From an uncultured Acidobacteriota bacterium (GTDB taxonomy: Bacteria > Acidobacteriota > Vicinamibacteria > Vicinamibacterales > 2-12-FULL-66-21), in NCBI GenBank assembly GCA_963847125.1, contig CAWJYM010000004.1, positions 2,851,436-2,915,435 on the forward strand: a stretch of 64,000 nt of DNA. Direction: 5' to 3'. The notes beneath the pieces are model-generated. The model made no database searches and was not told the origin of the DNA. It saw only the letters and a list, made by a program, of their open reading frames with translations. Within the stretch, counting starts at the first letter, position 1. Every line of letters starts with the position of its first letter. The position numbers and the translations under genes are program-made. Below, piece by piece: positions 38,760 to 47,606 of this stretch.

Positions 38760-38782
38760 CGCGACGCAACGGGAGGATTCGC

Positions 38783-40120
38783 ATGACACGCGCTGCGGTA
38801 CTCACCCTGACGCTGGGTCTGATCGTGACGTCGGCGGCGGCGCAAACGCCTCCGGCGTCGGCCAGCGCCGAGGCGCTGAAAGCGGAACTCGCTCAACTGC
38901 GCCAGGAGTTCGACGCGATGCGGGGCGAGTACGGCGCGCGGATGGCGGCGATCGAAGCGAAGATCGCCACCATCGAGAGAGGCGGGGCCGCTGCCCAGGC
39001 GGCCCCGCCGCCACCCGTCCCGCCGTTGCCCGCGACAACGCCGGCAACCCCGTCGGCGACTGCACCAACCGAAGTCCAGGTACCCGCAGGGGCGGCGGGT
39101 GCGGGCGGGCCAACCGGCGCGTTGCCGGTCTATGGCTCCACGACCGCACTGTCCAAGATCTTCAACCCCGACATTGCGGTCATCGGCAACTTCATCGGCG
39201 CCGCGGGAAAGAACGAGATCGACGACCGCCCGGCGCTTGCGCTGGATGAGGCAGAGGCCTCCTTTCAGGCCATCGTCGACCCGTACGCCCGGGCCGATTT
39301 CTTCATGGCGTTCGGCCAGGAAGGGGTCGAAATCGAGGAAGGGTTCATCACGTTTCCCACGCTGCCCGGAGGCTTCCTCGCGAAAGTCGGAAAGCTGAAG
39401 GCGCAGTTCGGCAAGGAGAACACGTTCCACGCGCACCAGCGGATCTGGCCCGATCAGACGCTGATGCAGGCCAACCTGCTCGGCGGAGAAGAGGGGATCG
39501 CTGACGCGGGCGTCTCGGTCTCGCGGCTGCTCCTCAACCCCTGGTTCTTTCTCGAAGCGACCGGTGAAGTGTATCGAGGGGACTCGGCGGTGTTCACGAG
39601 CTTCGGGCGCGACGACCTGTCGTATGTCGGCCGCCTGCGCGGCTACGGCGACATCAGCGAGTCTGCCAACCTCGATCTCGGGACGTCGTTTGCCTGGGGG
39701 CGGAACGAGCTCGGTGAGGATGCGAGCACGCGGCTCATCGGTGTCGATGCGACCTTCCGCTGGCGGCCGTTGAGGCGCGCGATCTATCGGCGTCTCCTCG
39801 CGCGGACCGAGGTGATGTGGAGCCGCGCGTCCGGCCTCGAGGATGATGCGAGCGCCACGTCGTTCGGATGGTACGTCGGCGGGGAATACCAGCTCGCCCG
39901 CCGCTGGTTCGCAGGCGCACGGCTCGATTATTCGGAGCGCGCGTTCGATCCGTCGCTCGCCGACAAAGGCGGATCGCTTCTGCTGACGTTCTGGCCGAGC
40001 GAGTTCAGCCAGCTTCGCGGGCAGTACCGGCGCACCCGTTATGCCGAGAACGTCACCGCGAACGAGCTCCTGTTCCAGGTGCAGTTTTCTATCGGCGCCC
40101 ACGGGGCGCATGTCTTTTAA
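38783..40120 (+). CDS. Putative outer-membrane beta-barrel porin with N-terminal coiled coil and Pro-rich linker
   Basis: ATG 38783 is preceded by GGGAGGA. Signal MTRAAVLTLTLGLIVTSAAAQ, heptad segment AEALKAELAQLRQEFDAMRGEY, alternating beta-strand pattern and a terminal ...GAHGAHVF. Confidence 0.6.
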   Translation: MTRAAVLTLTLGLIVTSAAAQTPPASASAEALKAELAQLRQEFDAMRGEYGARMAAIEAKIATIERGGAAAQAAPPPPVPPLPATTPATPSATAPTEVQVPAGAAGAGGPTGALPVYGSTTALSKIFNPDIAVIGNFIGAAGKNEIDDRPALALDEAEASFQAIVDPYARADFFMAFGQEGVEIEEGFITFPTLPGGFLAKVGKLKAQFGKENTFHAHQRIWPDQTLMQANLLGGEEGIADAGVSVSRLLLNPWFFLEATGEVYRGDSAVFTSFGRDDLSYVGRLRGYGDISESANLDLGTSFAWGRNELGEDASTRLIGVDATFRWRPLRRAIYRRLLARTEVMWSRASGLEDDASATSFGWYVGGEYQLARRWFAGARLDYSERAFDPSLADKGGSLLLTFWPSEFSQLRGQYRRTRYAENVTANELLFQVQFSIGAHGAHVF

Positions 40121-40125
40121 ATCCT

Positions 40126-41058
40126 ATGGATCTCAAAACACTGTCTCGTCTCGCGGCCGCGTTGCTGTTCCTCACTACTGCTGGCGAGGCCTCGGCTGCC
40201 GTCAAGGTCATCGCCACGACGGAGGACCTCGCGTCGCTCGTGCGTGAGGTCGGCGGCGACCGCGTGACTATCGAGGCGCTCGCGCGCGGCTACCAGGATC
40301 CGCACTTCGTCGAGGCGAAGCCCAGCTTCATCCTCAAGCTCCATGGCGCCGATTTGCTCGTCGTCGTCGGCCTCGAGCTGGAACAGGCGTGGCTGCCGCC
40401 GCTCATCACGCAGAGCAGGAACTCGAAGATTCAACCGGGGGCTCCCGGCTACCTCGACGCGTCGGCGGGCTCGGCGATCCTCGACATTCCCACCGGACAA
40501 ATCACGCGTGCGATGGGCGACGTCCACCCGCGCGGCAACCCCCACTACTGGCTCGGTCCGCAAAACGGCCGGCACATCGCGCAGGCGCTCCAGAAAAAGC
40601 TGTCGGAGCTGGCGCCGAACGACGCCGGTTACTTTGCGCAACGGTACGCCGACTTCGACCGCAGGCTGGCCGAGGCGCAGAAGCGGTGGGACTCGATGAT
40701 GGCGCCCTACCGCGGGCTCAAGGTGGTCACCTACCATCGTTCGTGGTCGAACCTCATTGCGGCGTTCGGCATAGAGGTCGTCGGCTACGTCGAGCCGAGG
40801 CCGGGCATCCCGCCGTCCCCCTCTCACACCCTGACGCTGATGCAGGAGATGAAGCGGCAGAACATCAAGCTCGTTCTGGTGGAGCCTTACTTCGACCTGA
40901 AGACGCCGAACGCCATCGCGCGCGACACCGGCGCGAAGGTCGTCGTGCTGACCCCGTCGGTCGGCGGCGTGCCGGAGGTCAAAACGTACTTCGATCTCTT
41001 TGACTACAACCTGCGCAAGTTGATTGAGGCTATCAAAGAGACAGGGGCACGCGTCTAG
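40126..41058 (+). CDS. Metal (Zn/Mn-type) ABC transporter substrate-binding protein, ZnuA/cluster A-I family
   Basis: 310 aa from ATG 40126. Signal peptide, VIATTEDLASLVREVGGDRV, DPHFVEAKPS, GNPHYW motifs. Confidence 0.88.
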   Translation: MDLKTLSRLAAALLFLTTAGEASAAVKVIATTEDLASLVREVGGDRVTIEALARGYQDPHFVEAKPSFILKLHGADLLVVVGLELEQAWLPPLITQSRNSKIQPGAPGYLDASAGSAILDIPTGQITRAMGDVHPRGNPHYWLGPQNGRHIAQALQKKLSELAPNDAGYFAQRYADFDRRLAEAQKRWDSMMAPYRGLKVVTYHRSWSNLIAAFGIEVVGYVEPRPGIPPSPSHTLTLMQEMKRQNIKLVLVEPYFDLKTPNAIARDTGAKVVVLTPSVGGVPEVKTYFDLFDYNLRKLIEAIKETGARV

Positions 41059-41891
41059 TGGAGGTCTGGACCGTCCTGCAGTTCCTGGCGGCGCCCTTCG
41101 TGGCGAGCCTGATACTGACGGGAATCCACGCCTACCTCGGCGTCCACGTCGTCGAGCGCGGCGTCATCTTCGTGGACCTCTCGCTCGCCCAGATCGCGGC
41201 GCTCGGAGGAACGATCGCGCTGCTGCTGCCGGCCAGCGGCGGCGATCCGCACGCGCCGATCGTCTACTGGGTCAGCCTCGGCTTCACCTTCATCGGCGCG
41301 GCGATCTTCTCCCTGGTCCGCACGCGGCGCGCGCGCATCCCGCAGGAAGCGATCATCGGGATCGCGTACGCGGTGGCGTCCGCCGCCGCCATCCTCGCGA
41401 TGAGCAAGTCGACGTCGCAGGCCGAGCATCTGAAGGACATGCTCGTCGGCAACATCATCGCCGTGTCCTGGACCGAAGTCGTGCATACTGCCATGCTCTA
41501 CGGGGGGATCGGGTTGTTCCATTATGTGTTTCGCGAGAAATTCCTGGCGATCTCGATGGATCCGCAGCGAGCGGAGGCGGACGGCGTGTCGATCCGCCTG
41601 TGGGACTTTCTCTTCTACGCCTCGTTCGGTTTCGTCGTGACCTCGTCGGTCGCCATCGCCGGCGTCCTGCTCGTGTTCTGCTACTTGATCGTGCCGTCGG
41701 TCGCGGCAATGTTGTATGCGGATCGGATCGGCGCCCGGCTCGCCATAGGGTGGACGATGGGAACGATCGTGTCGGCGCTCGGCGTCTATCTGTCGCTCTG
41801 GCTTGACCTTCCGACCGGGGCGACGATCGTGTGCACGTTCGGCCTGGTCCTGGTGGTGATGGCGGCCGTCAGGCCGATGTTCGCGCGATGA
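41058..41891 (+). CDS. Metal ABC transporter permease, ZnuB family
   Basis: 277 aa, polytopic, ABC-3 type sequence. Its start shares 1 nt with the ZnuA-like stop. Confidence 0.88.
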   Translation: MEVWTVLQFLAAPFVASLILTGIHAYLGVHVVERGVIFVDLSLAQIAALGGTIALLLPASGGDPHAPIVYWVSLGFTFIGAAIFSLVRTRRARIPQEAIIGIAYAVASAAAILAMSKSTSQAEHLKDMLVGNIIAVSWTEVVHTAMLYGGIGLFHYVFREKFLAISMDPQRAEADGVSIRLWDFLFYASFGFVVTSSVAIAGVLLVFCYLIVPSVAAMLYADRIGARLAIGWTMGTIVSALGVYLSLWLDLPTGATIVCTFGLVLVVMAAVRPMFAR

Positions 41892-42109
41892 TCTGTCGAT
41901 CGTGCGGCACAGAAATCGCCGACAAAGCCATCGTCTGCTACCGCTGCGGCGCGGCAACGACCGACCCGGTCCGGCAGCCCCCTGCCGGACCCTCGAAGTG
42001 GGAAGCGGAGCCGGCGCGCCGCCGCCGCCCGCTCATTCCCTGGCTCATCCTCCTGGTGCTCATTCTCATTGGGTTGTTAGTCGCGTTCGGATTGAATCCA
42101 GCACCCTGA
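41888..42109 (+). CDS. Zinc-ribbon protein with C-terminal TM helix
   Basis: [21 protein letters not shown] (CxxC..CxxC) then [25 protein letters not shown] overlap with the permease stop. Confidence 0.6.
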   Translation: MICRSCGTEIADKAIVCYRCGAATTDPVRQPPAGPSKWEAEPARRRRPLIPWLILLVLILIGLLVAFGLNPAP

Positions 42110-42152
42110 GCACCCTGAGCACCCTGGGCACCTTGAGCACCTTGAGCACCTA
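42101..42152 (+). repeat. 9-bp tandem repeat array (GCACCCTGA/GCACCTTGA x5.8)
   Basis: gcaccctga gcaccctga gcaccctgg gcaccttga gcaccttga gcaccta. The first unit contains the zinc-ribbon gene's stop codon. Confidence 0.9.
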
Positions 42153-42164
42153 AGGTTAAACTTC

Positions 42165-43779
42165 ATGCACATGCCAGACGCCCGTCTGGAAGTCACCGAC
42201 GCCCTCGGGCGGCGCATGGTCCCGCTCGACAAGGGCCTGTTTTCCATGGGCCGCCGCGAGACGAACGACCTCCGCCTCGCCGGATCCGAAGTATCTCGGG
42301 ACCATGCGGAGATCCTCGTCGAAGGGGACCGTTTCCTCATCCGGGACAAGAACTCCCGGTACGGGACGTTCGTCAACGGCGAGACCGTCGCCGAGGGGCC
42401 GCTGGCCCACGGGGACCGGATCCGCCTGGGCCGAAGCGGCGGCGCCGAGCTGGTCTTCCTGCTCGCCGATGGGCCTCCGCAGACCGACCGCGCAACCACA
42501 ACGGCCATCGGCGATCTGCGGCAGGTGGCCGCGCTGCTCGAAGGCCTGCGCGCGCTGGGGTCCGGACGCGTCCTCGACGATGTGCTCGCGCTCGTGCTCG
42601 ATTCGGCGCTGGAAGTGGGGGGCGGCGAGCGCGGGTTCATCATGCTGGCGAGCCCGACCGACGAGCTCGAGTTCAAGCTCGCCCGCGGCCGCGGGCGGAT
42701 GACCCTGTCAGGCAGTACGTTCGAGACCAGCCGGAAGATCCCCGAAGAAGTGTTCCGAACGGGGGAGCCTCGCATCGTCGCCGACCTGCTCGACGGCGAC
42801 CTGGCGAACGTTCACATGGGCACGGTCGCGCTCGGTATCCGCAACGTTCTCTGCGTGCCGCTGCGTCTCGTCCGATACCTGGACAAGGCGGAGCAGGCGG
42901 GCGAGGAAAAGCGGATCGGCGTCCTGTATCTGGACAGCCGCGAGAAAGGCACCCTGCTTTCCGGGTCCACGCGGGGCGCCCTCGAGACGCTGGCGACCGA
43001 GGCGGCCGTGGCGATCGAAAATGCCCGGCTCTACCGCGAGACGCTCGAAAAAGCGCGGCTGGAACAGGAAATGCGAATCGCGGCCGAGATCCAGCAGGCG
43101 CTGCTCCCGCGCGCGGCGCATGCCGGCGGCTTCTACCGCGCCGCGTCGGCGTCGCTGCCGTGCCGCTCGATCGGTGGCGACTTCTTCGACTACGTCGATC
43201 TGCCGGACGGTTCGTTCGGCTTCGCGCTCGGCGACGTCGCCGGCAAGGGCCCCCCGGCGGCGCTGCTGAGCGCGCTCCTGCAGGGGATCTTCGCCGCGCA
43301 GGCGGCGTCGGACTTGACGCCGGCCACGACAATCGTCCGCGTGAACACCGCGCTCTTCAGGCGCGGCATCGAGAATCGCTTCGTGACGCTGATGTACGGC
43401 AAGCTCAGGCCCGACGGCACGTTGACGTATTGCAACGCCGGCCACAACCCGCCGCTCATCGTCAGCAAGTCGGGCGTGCGCCGGCTCGAGACCGGCGGGC
43501 CGATCGTCGGTCTGTTCGAGCAGGTCCCCTTCGATGAGGAGACGGTCGGGATCGTCGCCGGACGAGTGTCTCGTGATCTACAGCGACGGCATCTCGGAGG
43601 CGCTTAACGTGGGCGGGGACGAGTACGGCGAGTCGCGGATTGTGGACTCGGTTCGCAAGGTTCTCGGGCGCGAGCCGCAGACGATTCTGGAACAGCTCTT
43701 CGCGAGCGTTCGCGACTTCTCGAAGGGCGCTCCTCAGGGTGACGACATCACCGGCATGATCGTCACCTTCAACCGATAG
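42165..43779 (+). pseudogene. FHA-GAF-PP2C(SpoIIE) phosphatase interrupted by a frameshift near 43557-43561
   Basis: ORF 42165-43607 carries FHA, GAF and the first PP2C motifs (GGDFFDY, GDVAGKGPPAALL). The ORF from 43534 continues the domain in the +1 frame (DECLVIYSDGISEA...GDDITGMIV). Confidence 0.8.
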
Positions 43780-43818
43780 CCTGACGATCTGGCGATCGCG
43801 TCATCGAGCCATCGCCTC

Positions 43819-44163
43819 ATGGGATCGGATCATCCGGCCATCGACGATCGGGTCAGGCATCGACCTGTCGGGCGCCGCCTGCTCCTGATCGTCTGGATCG
43901 GACTCGGCGTTGTCGTCTGGAACGGCGTGTTCGACCTGCTGATGACGCGCGGCGTGAAGGAGTACCTGTATCGCCAGGCGGCGCACGAGCTGGGCCGGGG
44001 CGAGCGCGTCACGATGCGTGAGATCATGGACGAGACAATGACCGACGCCGCGGTCAAGGCTTCCATCTGGGCTGTCCTCGTCGCCGGCGCTGGAATCCTC
44101 ACGGTGATAGTGTGCACCCGCTCATCTACGACTGGAACGGCGAGTCAAAACCCGCGGCGCTGA
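43819..44163 (+). CDS. Small two-TM membrane protein, hypothetical
   Basis: 114 aa with high GC3 until ~44110 and two hydrophobic helices. The tail overlaps the next gene. Confidence 0.45.
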   Translation: MGSDHPAIDDRVRHRPVGRRLLLIVWIGLGVVVWNGVFDLLMTRGVKEYLYRQAAHELGRGERVTMREIMDETMTDAAVKASIWAVLVAGAGILTVIVCTRSSTTGTASQNPRR

Positions 44164-45350
44164 AGCCGCGCGTGCTTCTCGACGACGAGACGCTGCGCGA
44201 CGGGCTGCAGTCCCCGTCGGTCACGGCACCGTCGATTGAGCAGAAGCTGAAGATCCTCCATCTCATGGAGGATCTCGGCATCGACACCGCGGACATCGGT
44301 CTTCCGGGTGCCGGCGCGCACGTGGTCCGGGACGTCGAGCGGCTGGCGCGTGAAATCGCCGGCGGGATGCGGATCCAGGCCAACTGCGCGGCGCGAACCG
44401 TCATCGGCGACATCGAGCCCATCGCCGCGGTCTCGCAGAAGGTCGGCCTGTCGATCGAGTGCTGCGCCTTCATCGGGTCGAGCCCGATCCGCCAGTATGC
44501 GGAAGGCTGGACCGTGGACGATCTGCAGCGCAGAACGGAAGAAGCGATCCGGTTTGCCGTCGGCCAGGGACTGCGGGTGATGTACGTCACCGAGGATACG
44601 ACCCGCGCCGATCCCGACACGCTGCGCCGGCTGTACTCGACCGCCATCCGTTCGGGCGCGTCACGACTGTGCGTGTCGGACACGGTCGGCCACGCCACGC
44701 CCACGGGCGCGGCCGCGGTCGTGCGGTTCATCGCCGGCGTCGCGCGGGAGTGCGGATCGGATGCGGGCATCGACTGGCACGGTCACCGCGACCGCGACCT
44801 CGCCGTCATGAACACGATTGCCGCGATCGACGCGGGAGCGACGCGCGTGCACGGCACCGCGCTCGGCATCGGCGAGCGCGTCGGCAACACGCCGATGGAC
44901 CTGTTGCTCGTCAACCTCGTGCTGATGGGCTACCTCGAGCGCGATCTGACCCGGCTCGGGGAGTACACGGCGGCCGTCGCCGAATCGTGCGGAGTGGCGA
45001 TGCCGCCGAACTATCCGGTGCTGGGTCGTGATGCCTTTCGAACGGCGACCGGCGTCCACGCCGCTGCGGTCATCAAGGCCTTCCGGAAAAATGACCCGCA
45101 GCTCGCCGATGCGGTGTATTCGGCCATTCCCGCGCGCCTCGTCGGCCGCGAGCAGGAAATCGAGGTCGGTCCCATGTCGGGCCGCTCGAACGTGATTTAC
45201 TGGTTGGAGAAGCGGGGTCTGACGCCGAGCGAAGAGGTCGTCGACCGCATCTTCACCCGTGCAAAAGGTTCGTCGACGGTTCTCACCGAAGAAGAAATAC
45301 GCTCACTGCTGAATGACACTCAGCATTCCACACTCAGCAATCCACAATGA
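44112..45350 (+). CDS. HMGL-like Claisen-condensing enzyme (2-isopropylmalate/homocitrate/citramalate synthase family), short form without LeuA regulatory domain
   Basis: 412 aa. DETLRDGLQSP, SDTVGHATP, WHGHRDRDLA motifs. GTG start is uncertain. The last ~14 codons lie in repeat family A and have low GC3. Confidence 0.85.
   Translation: MHPLIYDWNGESKPAALKPRVLLDDETLRDGLQSPSVTAPSIEQKLKILHLMEDLGIDTADIGLPGAGAHVVRDVERLAREIAGGMRIQANCAARTVIGDIEPIAAVSQKVGLSIECCAFIGSSPIRQYAEGWTVDDLQRRTEEAIRFAVGQGLRVMYVTEDTTRADPDTLRRLYSTAIRSGASRLCVSDTVGHATPTGAAAVVRFIAGVARECGSDAGIDWHGHRDRDLAVMNTIAAIDAGATRVHGTALGIGERVGNTPMDLLLVNLVLMGYLERDLTRLGEYTAAVAESCGVAMPPNYPVLGRDAFRTATGVHAAAVIKAFRKNDPQLADAVYSAIPARLVGREQEIEVGPMSGRSNVIYWLEKRGLTPSEEVVDRIFTRAKGSSTVLTEEEIRSLLNDTQHSTLSNPQ
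45309..45350 (+). repeat. Dispersed short repeat family A, copy 2 (with partial internal duplication)
   Basis: ctgaatgacactcagcattccacactcagcaatccacaatga. It supplies the C-terminus and stop codon of the upstream ORF. Confidence 0.7.
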
Positions 45351-45351
45351 T

Positions 45352-46638
45352 CTACCGTCGTTTTTCCCTCGGAATGTACGTCCTCGGTCCATTTCCCGTG
45401 TAGATTTGCCGCGGCCGCGCGATCTTCTGCTCCGGGTCGAGCAGCATCTCCTCCCACTGCGCAATCCATCCGGCCGTCCGCGGGATCGCGAACAACACGG
45501 GAAACATGTCCACGGGGAAGCCCATCGCCTGATAGATGAGGCCTGAATAGAAGTCGACGTTCGGATACAGCTTGCGGGTGACGAAGTACTCGTCCTGGAG
45601 GGCGATCCGCTCCAGCTCGAGAGCGATTTCGAGCAGAGGGTTCTTGCCCGTCACGGTGAACACGAGATCGGCAATCCGCTTGATGATTTTCGCGCGCGGG
45701 TCGTACGACTTGTACACGCGGTGGCCGAACCCCATCAACCGCCCGTCGCCGCCCTTCACGCGCTTGATGAAGGCCGGGACGTTCTGGATCGAGCCGATCT
45801 CCTGCAGCATGCGCAGGACCGCCTCGTTCGCGCCGCCGTGCAGGGGCCCATAGAGCGCGGCTGCCGCGCCGGCGAGCGCCGAGTACGGATCGACGTGCGA
45901 GCTGCCGATGCCGCGCATCGCGTGCGTCGAGCAGTTCTGCTCGTGATCGGCGTGGAGGATGAAGAGCACGTCGAGCGCACGCTCGAGGACGGGGTTCGGC
46001 TGATACTTGATCTCCGTCATCTTGAACAGCATGTTCAGGAAGTTGCCGGAGAAGCTCAGATCGTTGTCCGGAAGGACGTAGGGCCGTCCGATGCTGTGCC
46101 GGAACGCGTAGGCGGCGATGCTGGGCACCTTCGCGATGAGCCGCACCATCTGCACCCGGCGCGACTCGGCTGAGAAAATCTCCTTGGCGTCCGGATAGAA
46201 GGTCGAGAGCGCGCCGACGGTGCTCAGGAAGATCCCCATCGGGTGCGCGTCGTACTGGAAGCCCTCCATGAACTTCTTGATGTTCTCGTGGAGCATCGTG
46301 TGGAGCGTGACTTCCTTGATCCACGCGTGGATGTCGGTCGTCGTCGGCAGCTCGCCGAACAGAATGAGGTAGGCGGTCTCGAGGAAGTCGCTCTGTTCGG
46401 CCAGCTGCTCGATCGGGTAGCCGCGGTAGAGCAGCACCCCCTTGTCGCCGTCGATATAGGTGATCTGGCTGCGGCAGGCGGCGGTGTTCTGGAAAGCGGG
46501 ATCGTAGGTGATCAGCCCGAAGTCCTCCGGCGCCGTCTTGATCTGGCGGAGGTCCATCGCGCGAATCGCGCCATCCTGAATCGGAATCTCGTAGGTCTTG
46601 CCGGTGCGGTTGTCCTTGATCGCCAGCGTGTCAGTCAT
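45352..46638 (-). CDS. gltA: Citrate synthase
   Basis: 428 aa. GFGHRVYKSYDPRA, ILHADHEQN motifs. Confidence 0.97.
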   Translation of the reverse strand: MTDTLAIKDNRTGKTYEIPIQDGAIRAMDLRQIKTAPEDFGLITYDPAFQNTAACRSQITYIDGDKGVLLYRGYPIEQLAEQSDFLETAYLILFGELPTTTDIHAWIKEVTLHTMLHENIKKFMEGFQYDAHPMGIFLSTVGALSTFYPDAKEIFSAESRRVQMVRLIAKVPSIAAYAFRHSIGRPYVLPDNDLSFSGNFLNMLFKMTEIKYQPNPVLERALDVLFILHADHEQNCSTHAMRGIGSSHVDPYSALAGAAAALYGPLHGGANEAVLRMLQEIGSIQNVPAFIKRVKGGDGRLMGFGHRVYKSYDPRAKIIKRIADLVFTVTGKNPLLEIALELERIALQDEYFVTRKLYPNVDFYSGLIYQAMGFPVDMFPVLFAIPRTAGWIAQWEEMLLDPEQKIARPRQIYTGNGPRTYIPREKRR

Positions 46639-46656
46639 GTCTCAGGTGCCTGCAGC

Positions 46657-46854
46657 CTAGTCCCCGGGTTTTCCGGTCTCGTCATCCCGGGTCGAGTCGT
46701 CGTCGGGAGGGAGCGGCTCGCCTGCGACGCGATAGTCGCCGGACAGCCACTTGCCTAAGTCGGCCAGGCGACAGCGCTCGCTGCAGAACGGCCGCCACGC
46801 GGGGTCCGCGGGGGCGCGCCTGCAGTGGACGCAGACCAGCTCGGCCACACCCAA
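46657..46854 (-). CDS. yacG: DNA gyrase inhibitor YacG-type zinc finger protein
   Basis: 65 aa. CVHCRR...FCSERCRLADLGKWLSGDYRV. Confidence 0.8.
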   Translation of the reverse strand: MGVAELVCVHCRRAPADPAWRPFCSERCRLADLGKWLSGDYRVAGEPLPPDDDSTRDDETGKPGD

Positions 46855-46865
46855 GATTCTATTTC

Positions 46866-46925
46866 ACTGCCGGTGCACAGGGTGCACTGGGGTGCCCTGG
46901 GCTGCACTCCGGTGCCGGTGCACGG
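46866..46925 (-). repeat. ~9-bp periodic GCACC-type repeat array immediately 3' of the phoU stop (sense = minus strand)
   Basis: Plus strand reads ggtgcacag ggtgcactg ggtgccctg ggctgcactcc ggtgcc ggtgcacgg. It has the same GCACC core as 42101-42152 when read in the sense of the upstream gene. Confidence 0.8.
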
Positions 46926-47603
46926 CTACGGTCTGTCGTCGATGGCCTGATGCCGGACGTCTTTCGCGGACACCATGAAGATGACATCTTCGGCGATGTT
47001 CGTGGCGTGGTCGCCGATGCGCTCGAGGTGCCGGGAGACGAGGATCAGATCGAGGCCGGGCTCGATCGTCGCGTGGTCCTGCAGCATGTAGGTGAGCAGC
47101 TCGCGGAAGACCTGTGTTTTGAGTCCGTCCAGCCGATCGTCGCGGTCGAGCACGGCCTGTGCCAGCGCCGGGTCGCGGCGCACGAACGCGTCCAGGGCGT
47201 CGCGGAGCATCGTCTGGGCGATCGTCGCCATCTGCGGGATGTCGATGAGCGGCTTCACCGGCGCATGCTTCAGATAGCGCCGGGCCGCCTCGGCGATGTT
47301 CACGGCCAGGTCGCCGATCCGCTCGAGGTCGGTGTTGATCTTGATGGCCGAGACGATCATCCGCAGGTCGGTCGCGACCGGCTGGTGGAGCGCGACCAGC
47401 GTGAAGCCGCGCTGATCGATCTCGATGTGCAGGCGGTTCAGCGGGTCGTCACCCGCCAGGACGTCCTCGACGAGGTCGGCGTCCCGCTCGACGAGCGCCT
47501 GCACCGAGAGCCGGACGCGCTCCTCGGCGAGGCCGCCCATCTCGAGCAGCCGCGCCTTGAGGGCGTCGAGCTCTTCGTGGAAGTGTGGGGTTGCTCGTTC
47601 CAT
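46926..47603 (-). CDS. phoU: Phosphate signalling complex protein PhoU
   Basis: 225 aa. Two PhoU repeats with ERIGD motifs. Confidence 0.95.
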   Translation of the reverse strand: MERATPHFHEELDALKARLLEMGGLAEERVRLSVQALVERDADLVEDVLAGDDPLNRLHIEIDQRGFTLVALHQPVATDLRMIVSAIKINTDLERIGDLAVNIAEAARRYLKHAPVKPLIDIPQMATIAQTMLRDALDAFVRRDPALAQAVLDRDDRLDGLKTQVFRELLTYMLQDHATIEPGLDLILVSRHLERIGDHATNIAEDVIFMVSAKDVRHQAIDDRP

Positions 47604-47606
47604 AGG

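Noticed and set aside
42101-42152. Possible CRISPR array
   Set aside because: The period is only 9 bp, there are no spacers, and no cas genes are present. It is a simple tandem repeat.
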